From the NCBI GenBank assembly GCA_963805085.1, contig CAWDTA010000002.1, positions 384,001 through 448,000 on the forward strand: a stretch of DNA of 64,000 nucleotides. The letters run 5' to 3'. The translations under genes and the position numbers were made by a program. The notes beneath the pieces were generated by a model, which was given only the letters and a program-made list of their open reading frames with translations, did not search any database and was not told the origin of the DNA. The number at the start of each line of letters is the position of its first letter. Position 1 is the stretch's first letter. This DNA comes from an uncultured Veillonellaceae bacterium. Its GTDB lineage: Bacteria > Bacillota > Negativicutes > JARBTT01. This document shows positions 20,494 to 29,871 of this stretch, one piece after another.

Positions 20494-21468
20494 TTATTCT
20501 AATATATAAACTTTAACCGTACGTCGTCCAAAACTCATAGCCTCACCATAATCTTCTACGCATAGATCGATGATATTACCGTTTATGGCGCCACCAGTAT
20601 CGGCAGCAACCGCCATGCCATAGCCTGGAATATATAATCTCGTGCCCAAAGGAATTACATTTGGATCTACTGCAACTACACCATGTCTGGCAGTCATCCC
20701 CGTTGCAGTAATGCCATTGCCATTACCGTCAGTTGGCAAGTAAGCTGTTGCTTCCATGTAAGCAGCACGTCTAAATCTCATTGCGCCACGAGAAGTTTCT
20801 ACGGTGTTACGAGCACCTACTTTGATCACTTCTGGTTTTGCTGGTTTTATAATTTTTTCACTGAGAACTTCTTCCTTTACCTTTACGCCATCGTCATAAT
20901 TGACCTTTACCGTTGTCAATTTTGTGCCATTTTCTCCCTGTTGCACGACTTCCTCGTTACCTTGCTCCATCGTAGTATCTGGCTGACGAATCACTTGATA
21001 TTGTTCTTCTTCTTCACGTTCAATATTTTTTTCAGCTATCGATACGACCTTTATATTAACATCTGCTGTAATTTTCGTTTCCGGACTTGGTTCGACTCTA
21101 ATCGCCTCACCTGTAATATTCAATTCTTCGAGAAGTTCTCCTACTGTTGGTTTCCCCGTAAGCATTTGATTGCTTGTACCTTTGTAAGTAACGGTGATAG
21201 GAACAGCTCGATAAACAGTAATAATGGTATTATCTTTCACACTCTTTGTTGATAAACGGTACTCATCTTGCGCTTCTAATTTAACGCCTGCTTGCTCAAT
21301 AATTTGTATAGGGTTACTCTTCAATGTACTTACTGTCATCATTTTGCCATCAGCTACAACTTGGACGCTTTTTTGCCCCCAAACAAAGCCCGATACTAAA
21401 GCCATCGTTAGTATCAAAATAGAAATCATTATGGTTTTTTTGTTGAAAATTTTTGCTTTTCTACTCAT
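20494..21468 (-). CDS. yabE: YabE-like cell-wall protein (DUF348, G5, 3D domains)
   Basis: N-terminal TM; MEATAY, VAVDPNVIPLGT, AADTGGAI, IDL; synteny. Confidence 0.9.
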   Translation of the reverse strand: MSRKAKIFNKKTIMISILILTMALVSGFVWGQKSVQVVADGKMMTVSTLKSNPIQIIEQAGVKLEAQDEYRLSTKSVKDNTIITVYRAVPITVTYKGTSNQMLTGKPTVGELLEELNITGEAIRVEPSPETKITADVNIKVVSIAEKNIEREEEEQYQVIRQPDTTMEQGNEEVVQQGENGTKLTTVKVNYDDGVKVKEEVLSEKIIKPAKPEVIKVGARNTVETSRGAMRFRRAAYMEATAYLPTDGNGNGITATGMTARHGVVAVDPNVIPLGTRLYIPGYGMAVAADTGGAINGNIIDLCVEDYGEAMSFGRRTVKVYILE

Positions 21469-21496
21469 TAAATTCCCCCTTTAAAAGAACTTGTGC

Positions 21497-21525
21497 ATTA
21501 TAACATGTAAATATTTCTTTGTCAA
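21497..21525 (-). promoter_or_regulatory. Consensus SigA promoter of yabE
   Basis: TTGACA-N17-TATAAT with extended TG. Confidence 0.8.
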
Positions 21526-21725
21526 ATATTACTTGTATTTTTATCCAAAAAAAATATTTCCTTCATTGCTATAATTTATGCATAAGTCATTAAATTAGCA
21601 TTGAAATTTATTCAACACTTTACATACTAATCATATGCAGTCTCTGGGAAATTTATGCATAAAAATACCTAAAAAAAGAAGCTCGCACAATTTTATAAAA
21701 CCGTGCGGGCTTCTTTCCTTATTTT

Positions 21726-22493
21726 CTATAACTTTATGGCAAACAAATCACATACATTTTGTGTAGTCGCTTTCGCAAATGTTTCAAACTCAAGATTACG
21801 TAAAGCAGCAACATGTTCGGCTACATATCTGACATAGCCAGGTTCGTTGCGTTTTCCCCTGAACGGCACTGGTGTTAAATACGGACTATCCGTTTCAATC
21901 AGTAACCGTTCAAGAGGAATATTGGTCATGATTTCTGGTAGTTTAGCCGCATTCTTAAAGGTAACCGGGCCATCTACTCCCAGATACCAGCCCATTTTGA
22001 TCAGCTCTTTTGCCATTTCCATACTACCAGCAAAACAATGTACGACACCAACGATTCCTTTGCCTTCACTTTTTAGTATTGCCATCGTATCACCATGGGC
22101 ATCACGATCGTGAATACTAACCGGCATATGCATTTGCCGAGCAACATCAAGTTGCCGAATAAACACTTCTTTTTGCAGCTGGCGTGGAGAAAGATCATAG
22201 TAATAATCCAGTCCAATCTCCCCAATACCTACCACCCTAGGATGCCGCGTCCACTGGGCAATCTGATCATAATCTGCTTCTAGCACTTTTTCCGCCTCAT
22301 GCGGATGTACGCCAACCACTGCATAAATTTCTTTATGGTCCTCGGCGAGCTTGATTGAGCGCAGGGAAGATTGCATATCAGCACCAACGTTGATAAAATG
22401 CCCCACACCATTTTCTTTCGCCCTAGTAATCACCGCTAAACGGTCATCATCAAATTTTTCATCATCGATATGTGCATGAGAATCAAATAACAT
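21726..22493 (-). CDS. tatD: TatD family nuclease
   Basis: DSHAH, GVHPH, GEIGLDY, HCF, ETDSPY. Confidence 0.95.
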   Translation of the reverse strand: MLFDSHAHIDDEKFDDDRLAVITRAKENGVGHFINVGADMQSSLRSIKLAEDHKEIYAVVGVHPHEAEKVLEADYDQIAQWTRHPRVVGIGEIGLDYYYDLSPRQLQKEVFIRQLDVARQMHMPVSIHDRDAHGDTMAILKSEGKGIVGVVHCFAGSMEMAKELIKMGWYLGVDGPVTFKNAAKLPEIMTNIPLERLLIETDSPYLTPVPFRGKRNEPGYVRYVAEHVAALRNLEFETFAKATTQNVCDLFAIKL

Positions 22494-22495
22494 TT

Positions 22496-24439
22496 TTATT
22501 TCACCTTACTACTTACTGGCATATCTATTTCTACTACTTTAAGGGCTTCATCAATGGATGCCGCTAGTACCATTCCGTGCGACACGACACCACGAATTTT
22601 TGCAGGTTTTAAATTCACAACCATGACAACATTTTTACCAACCAAAGCTTCTGGTTCATAATGTTTGGCGATACCTGAAATAATCGTTCGCTGCTCCGTT
22701 CCCAAATCAACGGTCAACATAAGAAGCTTATCCGCTTTTTTCACTTTTTCCGCGGCTAAAACTTTTACTACACGCAAATCCATCTTGGCAAACTCATCAA
22801 TTGTAATTTCACTGGGCCCAGCTTCTTCTGCCGAGGCTATCGGAGCCTTTACCGTCTCTACTTTTTTCTCCGCTTTGGCAGCGTTTTGAGCGTCGACTTC
22901 TTTTTCTTCCTCGATACGCGGGAAAATTTGTTCTGGTTTGTTCACTTTTGTCCCAATTGGAGTTTGTCCCCATGTTTTTATGTCAACTAATTGTACACTA
23001 GCAAAGTCTTTTTCAATACCCAATTGCATCCATATTTTCGGTGCAGTATTTGGCATAAATGGGGAAATTAAAATACTAATCACCCGCAAACTTTCTACTA
23101 AATTATACATCACAGTATCCAAACGTACTTTTTTCGCTGGATCTTTCGCCAAAGCCCAAGGTGCTGTTTCATCAATATATTTATTGGTACGACTGATAAA
23201 TGCCCAAACCAATTTGATCGTCGGACTAATGTCCATCTTATCCATTAAGTGTTCATACTCAGCTACTGTTTTATTGCAAAGATCAATCAACGAAACATCC
23301 ACTTCATCCGCTTCATTCGGCGCTGACAATACTCCGCCGTTAAATTTTTCAACCATACTTAAAGTACGGTGAAGTAAATTACCAAGGTCATTGGCAAGAT
23401 CGGAATTGATCCGTTGGATCAGCGCATCACGCGAGAAATTACCATCCATACCAAGATTAATTTCACGAAGCAAGAAGTAACGAATCGTATCTGCGCCAAA
23501 TTCTTCAATTAACCCCACTGGGTCAACAACATTGCCTTTCGACTTCGACATTTTATCGCCTTCTACAATTAACCAGCCATGTCCATAAACCTTTTTCGGC
23601 AATTCTAAACCAAGCGCCATTAAAAGGATCGGCCAAATAATCGAATGGAAACGAACAATTTCTTTGCCCACTAGGTGAACATCCGCTGGCCAATACTTTG
23701 CAAACTTCGCATCATCCGACAGATACCCTGCTGCTGTTATGTAGTTTGTTAAAGCATCAAACCATACATAGATTACATGTTTATCATCAATCGGTACTGG
23801 AATCCCCCAATCAAACGTTGTTCTAGAAATACACAGGTCTTCTAGACCACCTTTAATGAAATTAATCATTTCATTGCGGCGTGATACCGGTTGAATAAAC
23901 TCAGGATTCTCATTAATAAAAGTGAGTAAACGCTCTTGGTATTTTGACATGCGGAAGAAATAACTCTCTTCTTGCACAGCTTCTACTGGGCGACCACAAT
24001 CTGGACATTTTCCATCAACCAATTGACGTTCTAACCAGAATGTTTCACAAGGCGTACAATAAAGACCTTCATAATTGCTCTTATAAATATCGCCTTGTTC
24101 ATAGATCTTTTTAAAGATCGCTTGTACTACTTTATGATGTCTTTCTTCGGTAGTCCGAATAAAATCATCATTTGAAATGTTTAGACGTTCCCATAAATCC
24201 TGAAAGCCTGCCACAATTTTATCTACATATTGCAGTGGCGTAACCCCCTGCTCTGTAGCTTTACGTTGAATTTTTTGACCATGTTCATCAGAACCAGTTA
24301 AAAATAATACATCATAACCTGCGAGCCTCCTGTAACGTGCCACTGAATCAGCAATTGTCGTGCAATATGCATGTCCAATATGCAACTTATCACTAGGATA
24401 ATAAATTGGCGTTGTTATATAGAATGATTTTTTTTCCAC
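22496..24439 (-). CDS. metG: Methionine--tRNA ligase
   Basis: HIGH, KMSKS, Zn knuckle, C-terminal tRNA-binding domain. Confidence 0.98.
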   Translation of the reverse strand: MEKKSFYITTPIYYPSDKLHIGHAYCTTIADSVARYRRLAGYDVLFLTGSDEHGQKIQRKATEQGVTPLQYVDKIVAGFQDLWERLNISNDDFIRTTEERHHKVVQAIFKKIYEQGDIYKSNYEGLYCTPCETFWLERQLVDGKCPDCGRPVEAVQEESYFFRMSKYQERLLTFINENPEFIQPVSRRNEMINFIKGGLEDLCISRTTFDWGIPVPIDDKHVIYVWFDALTNYITAAGYLSDDAKFAKYWPADVHLVGKEIVRFHSIIWPILLMALGLELPKKVYGHGWLIVEGDKMSKSKGNVVDPVGLIEEFGADTIRYFLLREINLGMDGNFSRDALIQRINSDLANDLGNLLHRTLSMVEKFNGGVLSAPNEADEVDVSLIDLCNKTVAEYEHLMDKMDISPTIKLVWAFISRTNKYIDETAPWALAKDPAKKVRLDTVMYNLVESLRVISILISPFMPNTAPKIWMQLGIEKDFASVQLVDIKTWGQTPIGTKVNKPEQIFPRIEEEKEVDAQNAAKAEKKVETVKAPIASAEEAGPSEITIDEFAKMDLRVVKVLAAEKVKKADKLLMLTVDLGTEQRTIISGIAKHYEPEALVGKNVVMVVNLKPAKIRGVVSHGMVLAASIDEALKVVEIDMPVSSKVK

Positions 24440-24764
24440 TAAAAATAAACCCCTTTCAAATGAAACATTGATAAACTAAAAATAATTGAAACATTTACTA
24501 CATAGAAAGCAATGTTGATCTACGTATCAAATGGCGCAATACGCCTCATATCTTTTTATATTATCACCAAAATTCCTTCACAGCAACAATCATAAAAAAT
24601 TTGAAAATTTTATTAAAAATTCATAATAAATTCATAATAAATTGTTATAATTCTTTTAACGAAAACATTCGACATGTTTCTACATTTTGTGCTATAATGT
24701 ACTAAGAAATTTACATTTTTTTGTGTAAAACGAAAAAAGTCTGACTTTTATGGAATTTTTAGGG

Positions 24765-24826
24765 TTGACACCAATTGCAATATCTGGTATTATTTAGTTA
24801 GACGAATTTTGTCGAACATTGTTGAA
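24765..24826 (+). promoter_or_regulatory. abrB SigA promoter with downstream Spo0A boxes
   Basis: TTGACA(24765)-N17-TATTAT(24788); AGACGAA 24800, TGTCGAA 24810, TGTTGAA 24820 at 10-bp spacing; reverse TGTCGAA at 24668-24674. Confidence 0.8.
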
Positions 24827-24850
24827 AAGAATTATAAGGGAGAGATTACT

Positions 24851-25108
24851 ATGAAATCAACTGGTATCGTACGTAAAGTAGACGAATTAGGTAGAGTAGT
24901 TATTCCAATCGAATTGCGCCGCACCCTTTCTATTGAAGAAAAAGATGCTTTAGAAATTTATGTAGACCAAGACCGCATCGTTCTTCGCAAATATGAACCT
25001 TCTTGCGCTTGTGTATTCTGTGGTAACGCTGATAACGTTACAAAATACAAAGGCAAAAATGTTTGTTCTGAATGTGCTACAGCTCTACAACAACCATCTG
25101 AAAACTAA
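24851..25108 (+). CDS. abrB: Transition-state regulator AbrB
   Basis: MKSTGIVRKVDELGRVVIPIELRRTL; C-terminal CxxC...CxxC; GGGAG RBS. Confidence 0.97.
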   Translation: MKSTGIVRKVDELGRVVIPIELRRTLSIEEKDALEIYVDQDRIVLRKYEPSCACVFCGNADNVTKYKGKNVCSECATALQQPSEN

Positions 25109-25151
25109 TTTATCTTACATAAAAAGTATCATAAGCTAGGCAACTGCCTGC

Positions 25152-26024
25152 TTATGGTACTTTTTTTTCTGCTTCTAATACAGCTTGATAAACCTCGCGT
25201 TTTGCTAAGCCGAGGGTTAATGCAGCTTGCTTGATTGCTGTTTTTTTATCGATTCCTTGCTCTAGCAAATCCAAAACCACCTCATATGGTGAACGCTGCT
25301 CCGCTAACTCTGCTGCTTTGTCAACGTCAATACTACGATCATATCCTTCAATAATTAGACAAAATTCCCCGCGTGGCTGCTGCACCTGAAAATGCTCTTT
25401 TAAACCAGCTAAGGAATCACGAATAAATTCTTCAAATTTTTTCGTCAGTTCTCGGGCAGCAACCGCCCTGCGATTGCCGAAAACATCTAATAACTCTGTT
25501 AGTGTTGCCTTTAAACGATGTGGTGATTCGTAAAATAATAAGGTTGTTTGATTGTTTACCAAGTCTGTTAATACCTCACGACGTTTTTTTGTCGTTTTGG
25601 GCAAAAATCCCACGAAGGTAAACTTTGTCGTATCCAGCCCCGAACAAATAAGTCCCGATAACGCCGCATTTGCCCCAGGTAGTGGAGTAACGGTAATGCC
25701 AGCTTTGATCGCGATTTCTACCAAATGACTTCCAGGATCAGCAATACCAGGAAGTCCAGCATCACTCACCACCACTAAATTTCTACCTGAGAGTAGCATT
25801 TCAATGAGCTCCGGTCCTTTTTCAAACTTATTATGCTCATGATAGCTAGTCAAGGGTGTATGAATATCAAAATGTGTCAATAATTTTCGAGTGTGCCTGG
25901 TATCCTCGGCCGCGATCAAATCAACTTCGCCCAGAATTCTTACGGCACGAAAGGTCATGTCTTCTAAATTGCCAATCGGCGTGGCACATAAATACAAGGT
26001 ACCGAACGTTGTTATCGTTTCCAT
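25152..26024 (-). CDS. rsmI: 16S rRNA C1402 2'-O-methyltransferase
   Basis: LYLCATPIGNLED, AAEDTR, SDAGLPGIADPG, ARELTKKFEE. Confidence 0.96.
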   Translation of the reverse strand: METITTFGTLYLCATPIGNLEDMTFRAVRILGEVDLIAAEDTRHTRKLLTHFDIHTPLTSYHEHNKFEKGPELIEMLLSGRNLVVVSDAGLPGIADPGSHLVEIAIKAGITVTPLPGANAALSGLICSGLDTTKFTFVGFLPKTTKKRREVLTDLVNNQTTLLFYESPHRLKATLTELLDVFGNRRAVAARELTKKFEEFIRDSLAGLKEHFQVQQPRGEFCLIIEGYDRSIDVDKAAELAEQRSPYEVVLDLLEQGIDKKTAIKQAALTLGLAKREVYQAVLEAEKKVP

Positions 26025-26107
26025 AAAATGCTCCTTTATGATTGTATAAATTTAAAATTTAGTAAGGGCTGCGAACAAAATAATATTTGCCGCAGCCCTT
26101 TTCACAT

Positions 26108-26863
26108 CTACTTTTGATAATATGTTAATATTTCATCGTGATACGTTCCATCCTGCTTATAGATAATCAGCGGTTTATCCACGATCATCCCCGGTTTTGC
26201 CCCAAAGACGCCTTCAATAAGAACCATCGTCGGTTTTTTCTCTGCAGTTCCCTGTACCATACGCAGCCGTTTTGGTTCGAGATCCACTTCTTTCATTGCC
26301 GTGATGATTTCTGCTAACCGCTCTGGCAAATGCACCATCGCAAATCTTCCCCGAAATTTAAGTAAATGCCGTGCTGCCCCCACCACATCGTATAACGTTG
26401 CCAAAATTTCATGACGTGCGATAGCAATGTCATCATTGGGATTTATTTTACCCTTTTCTACCGAGCGATAGGGCGGATTACTTACCACTAAGTCAAAGCA
26501 GCCAGCCACACTTTTCGTTTTGATTTCCCGTAAATCCATTGCTTTTATCGTAACGATATCTTCCAACTCATTAAAGGCAACACTGCGACTCGCCATATCT
26601 GCCATTCGCGGATTGATTTCAAAGCCTTCCACTTTGCTCGCCCCACGTGCTGCCATCAACATTGCGATCACACCAGTTCCTGTACCAAGATCAGCAACTT
26701 TAGCTTTTACTTTTAAGGTAGCAAAGTAAGCCAATAAGACCGCATCCGTTGAAAATCTAAATTGCTCATCATGCTGAATAATTTTCATCTGATCAATCAG
26801 CAAATCATCCAAGCGTTCTCCCTCTTGAAGTACCGCGCTATTGTTCGTCTTTTTCAACTGCAT
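26108..26863 (-). CDS. yabB: tRNA1(Val) A37 N6-methyltransferase (YabB/TrmN6-like)
   Basis: FSTDAVLL, DLGTGTG, SNPPY, ARHE. Start uncertain (26863 or 26896). Confidence 0.88.
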   Translation of the reverse strand: MQLKKTNNSAVLQEGERLDDLLIDQMKIIQHDEQFRFSTDAVLLAYFATLKVKAKVADLGTGTGVIAMLMAARGASKVEGFEINPRMADMASRSVAFNELEDIVTIKAMDLREIKTKSVAGCFDLVVSNPPYRSVEKGKINPNDDIAIARHEILATLYDVVGAARHLLKFRGRFAMVHLPERLAEIITAMKEVDLEPKRLRMVQGTAEKKPTMVLIEGVFGAKPGMIVDKPLIIYKQDGTYHDEILTYYQK

Positions 26864-27659
26864 CTTCCCAAGCGACAACGATTGTTTTATTGTCATCTAA
26901 TAATATCGTTGCGCTCTTGCGTTGCCCGTTAATGGAGATTACCTTGCCCTCCCCATCAACCGTAACGACACGAGAACCTTGTTTTGGTGCCACAATTTTT
27001 TTATTCGAACAATTGCCACAATAGCAATCATTTTCATATTTTAAACAACACATCAACCGACCACAAATGCCCGAAATTTTCGTTGGATTCAAGGATAAGT
27101 TTTGTTCTTTCGCCATACGAATGGATACTGGTTCAAAATCTCCAAGAAAGGTCGAGCAACAAAGTGATCGTCCGCAACAACCAACCCCGCCCATCAATTT
27201 TGCTTCATCGCGCACACCAATTTGACGAAGTTCAATTCTGGTTCTAAATACAGCTGCTAAATCCTTGACCAAATCTCTAAAGTCAATTCTACCTTCTGCA
27301 GTAAAGTAGAAAATAATCTTATTGACATCAAAGGTATATTCTACATCGATTAACTTCATCGGCAAGCCGTGCGTAGCAATTTTCTTTTCACAGACTCGGA
27401 AACTTTCTTTCTCTTTAGATCGATTTTCCTCGACTTTTTCCAAATCAGCTTTAGTCGCTTTACGCTGTACAATCTTTAGTGGTAAAACAATCTCCTCGTC
27501 TTTCACTTTCCTAGGACCGATAACGATTTGTCCATATTCCACGCCTCGCGCAGTTTCTACAATAACATCGTCAAATTCAGCAATTGTTAACTCGCCTGGA
27601 TCAAAATAATATATTTTACCCGCTTTTTTAAAGCGTACTCCTACTACTGTTTGCAACAC
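26838..27659 (-). CDS. yaaT: PSP1-domain protein YaaT/RicT
   Basis: GVRFKKAGKIYYF, RIELRQIGVRDEAK, KISGICGRLMCCLKYE. Confidence 0.95.
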   Translation of the reverse strand: MLQTVVGVRFKKAGKIYYFDPGELTIAEFDDVIVETARGVEYGQIVIGPRKVKDEEIVLPLKIVQRKATKADLEKVEENRSKEKESFRVCEKKIATHGLPMKLIDVEYTFDVNKIIFYFTAEGRIDFRDLVKDLAAVFRTRIELRQIGVRDEAKLMGGVGCCGRSLCCSTFLGDFEPVSIRMAKEQNLSLNPTKISGICGRLMCCLKYENDCYCGNCSNKKIVAPKQGSRVVTVDGEGKVISINGQRKSATILLDDNKTIVVAWEDAVEKDEQ

Positions 27660-27668
27660 ATAGCCTCC

Positions 27669-28646
27669 CTATAAATCCCGTAATTTTATTAATAATTGTT
27701 CCACTGCCAATTTAGCATTTACATTTGCCTTGAGCATCTGCTCTGTATTCGCTACTTCACCGATCGCTAGCAATAGTCTGCGAACCGACCAATGCTCCAT
27801 TTCTAGGCCAAGCACAGCGACAACATCAATATTATAAATCAATTTGCTGTTCTCATCGCTATGCATCACTAGTATATCGCGAAATAGCAGGTTTAAATCA
27901 AGCAATACTTCAAAAATTTTTGTTCGATCAAGCTCGCTTAGTTCACTACTTTCACGCCAAATCACATCCATATCAGGATTGACAAGCTGCTCTAATACAC
28001 GCAATGCCCGATTGCGCATTTGCAAACCATCTTCTTCAAGTAAACGCAGTGCTTTACCAAAGCTTCCTTCGGCAAGCCTAGCAATTACATTTGCCACCGC
28101 AGGCTCAATTTCTCTTTCTACCAATGCTTCGGCTAATACTTCTTGAGCAATCGGTTGAAAATCAATCACCATACACCGCGATAAAATTGTATCCAAAAGC
28201 TTTTGTCTACTCGCGGCAATTAAAATAAAAACAACATTGCCAGTTGGCTCTTCTAACGTTTTTAAGAGACTATTGGCGGATTGCGCGGTCATGCAGTCCG
28301 CTTTATCAATAATAACCACTCGCTGATTCGCCATATAGGGGGCAAGCGCAATATTACTTTGCAGAGTTCTTACTTGTTCTATCTTAATCGTCTGTCCATC
28401 TGGCTCTAACACAAATAAATCTGGATGATTTTTAACACTAAGCTGCCCACATGACTTGCATTGACCACAAGGTTTTTGCTCACCCTCACAAAAAAGTGCC
28501 GCAGCAATTATCGTCGCCGAGAGGAATTTGCCTATTCCCTCTGGACCAACAAATAAAAGCGCATGCGGCATCGTCTCCTCGGCAAGTAATGTTTGCAGAT
28601 GCGTAATGGTTTGACTATTTCCAATTATATTTTGCCAATTCATCAC
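27669..28646 (-). CDS. holB: DNA polymerase III delta' subunit
   Basis: HALLFVGPEGIGK, CGQCKSC, HPD, NSLLKTLEEP, TILSRC. Confidence 0.95.
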   Translation of the reverse strand: MMNWQNIIGNSQTITHLQTLLAEETMPHALLFVGPEGIGKFLSATIIAAALFCEGEQKPCGQCKSCGQLSVKNHPDLFVLEPDGQTIKIEQVRTLQSNIALAPYMANQRVVIIDKADCMTAQSANSLLKTLEEPTGNVVFILIAASRQKLLDTILSRCMVIDFQPIAQEVLAEALVEREIEPAVANVIARLAEGSFGKALRLLEEDGLQMRNRALRVLEQLVNPDMDVIWRESSELSELDRTKIFEVLLDLNLLFRDILVMHSDENSKLIYNIDVVAVLGLEMEHWSVRRLLLAIGEVANTEQMLKANVNAKLAVEQLLIKLRDL

Positions 28647-29089
28647 ATATACAAATCCACAAGCATGCCACGAATCGCATCTTGTTTCGCAACAATATTT
28701 AATTTAGTAGCCTGCCCTAGCCTAATATCTTCTGCCATATCAGATAAGTTTTTGTCGACATTTTTCACTGTCGTATATACCTTTTGTCTCCCTTGCCTAT
28801 CCCAGCCTGATTTTGTCTGCATCGTATACATCCTCGAAACAGCTTCACCAATAAAAGACTTTACCAATTCACGGTAATTCTTCAATTCTGAATAGGTAGG
28901 GGTTTCAGTCAATTTTGCCCCTTGCTCATCAATTTTGTCTAGCAGATCATTTAAATGTTCTGTAGAAAATTCATCTTGATTTCGCTTAAGTTCCGTTGAA
29001 AATTGATCATCCTTTTTGCCAACGGTCGTGTTATTGTCATGTTCACTAATTAAAAATGAACTACGTGGACTCATATTGCTAATTTTCAT
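28643..29089 (-). CDS. yaaR: YaaR/DUF327 family protein
   Basis: IDEQGAKL...YRELVKSFI...IRGMLVDLY; synteny with holB. Confidence 0.85.
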   Translation of the reverse strand: MKISNMSPRSSFLISEHDNNTTVGKKDDQFSTELKRNQDEFSTEHLNDLLDKIDEQGAKLTETPTYSELKNYRELVKSFIGEAVSRMYTMQTKSGWDRQGRQKVYTTVKNVDKNLSDMAEDIRLGQATKLNIVAKQDAIRGMLVDLYM

Positions 29090-29272
29090 AGTCAGCAACC
29101 TTTCCGAAAAATCATTTAAAAAGTAAGTAATCTATTACATCAATCGTCTAAGTACCAAATTCATTTGACCTTTAAATAGTATATATACCTAGTTTAAATT
29201 ATAATTGTTTTCCTAAAAATAAGCAATAAAACAAAAGAGCCAGATGCAAATTTTTACACCTAGCTCTTTTGT

Positions 29273-29866
29273 TTAACACAAAACTTCTTTAGCAATCATT
29301 ATTTTTATTTCTTTCAGGCAATTGGCTAAATTTTCATTATGATAAAAAGTTTGAATATCCGCCGCTTTTAATTTAGACAAACTAAAATCTTGATTATCCG
29401 CTAAGAACCTTCTACATAACTCATCGTAGTTTGGATGAACTTGACGATGCTCTCTACGCATCGCACGTTCTAAACGAATGCCATCCTTAACCTGGATATA
29501 AATTGGCACAACAAACGCTTTGCCATAATAGTTCTGCAATTGTTGGTAGGCTTCTAACGTTGTGATAATGAGATAGGTATGCTTAGATAAATCAATTGTA
29601 CCATCATCTATGGTACAATATGTCCAAATACCTTTTACCGTATGATATTGACGTCGTTCTATCACTTTACCTTGCTTAGCATACTGCTCTATCGTTTTGA
29701 TATCGGTAAAATGATATTCTCTGCCCTGTTTTTCATGCTTGCGAATTGGACGCGTCGTATAAAGAATAATTGGCTGTAACTGCAATACTTCTTGGTTTAA
29801 CAATTTTCTAAATATCGTATCTTTACCCGAGCTACTTTTCCCCATAAGGCAAAATATCTTACCCAT
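29273..29866 (-). CDS. Guanylate-kinase-like nucleoside monophosphate kinase
   Basis: P-loop GKSSSGKDT; YTTRPIR..E..GREYHF; GGAGG RBS. Confidence 0.85.
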   Translation of the reverse strand: MGKIFCLMGKSSSGKDTIFRKLLNQEVLQLQPIILYTTRPIRKHEKQGREYHFTDIKTIEQYAKQGKVIERRQYHTVKGIWTYCTIDDGTIDLSKHTYLIITTLEAYQQLQNYYGKAFVVPIYIQVKDGIRLERAMRREHRQVHPNYDELCRRFLADNQDFSLSKLKAADIQTFYHNENLANCLKEIKIMIAKEVLC

Positions 29867-29871
29867 TTATA

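Noticed and set aside
24440-24600. T-box or S-box leader for metG
   Set aside because: No T-box consensus, S-box core or terminator found.
24809-24850. Longer abrB start at 24809
   Set aside because: Overlaps the 0A boxes; the RBS and conserved MKSTG start point to 24851.
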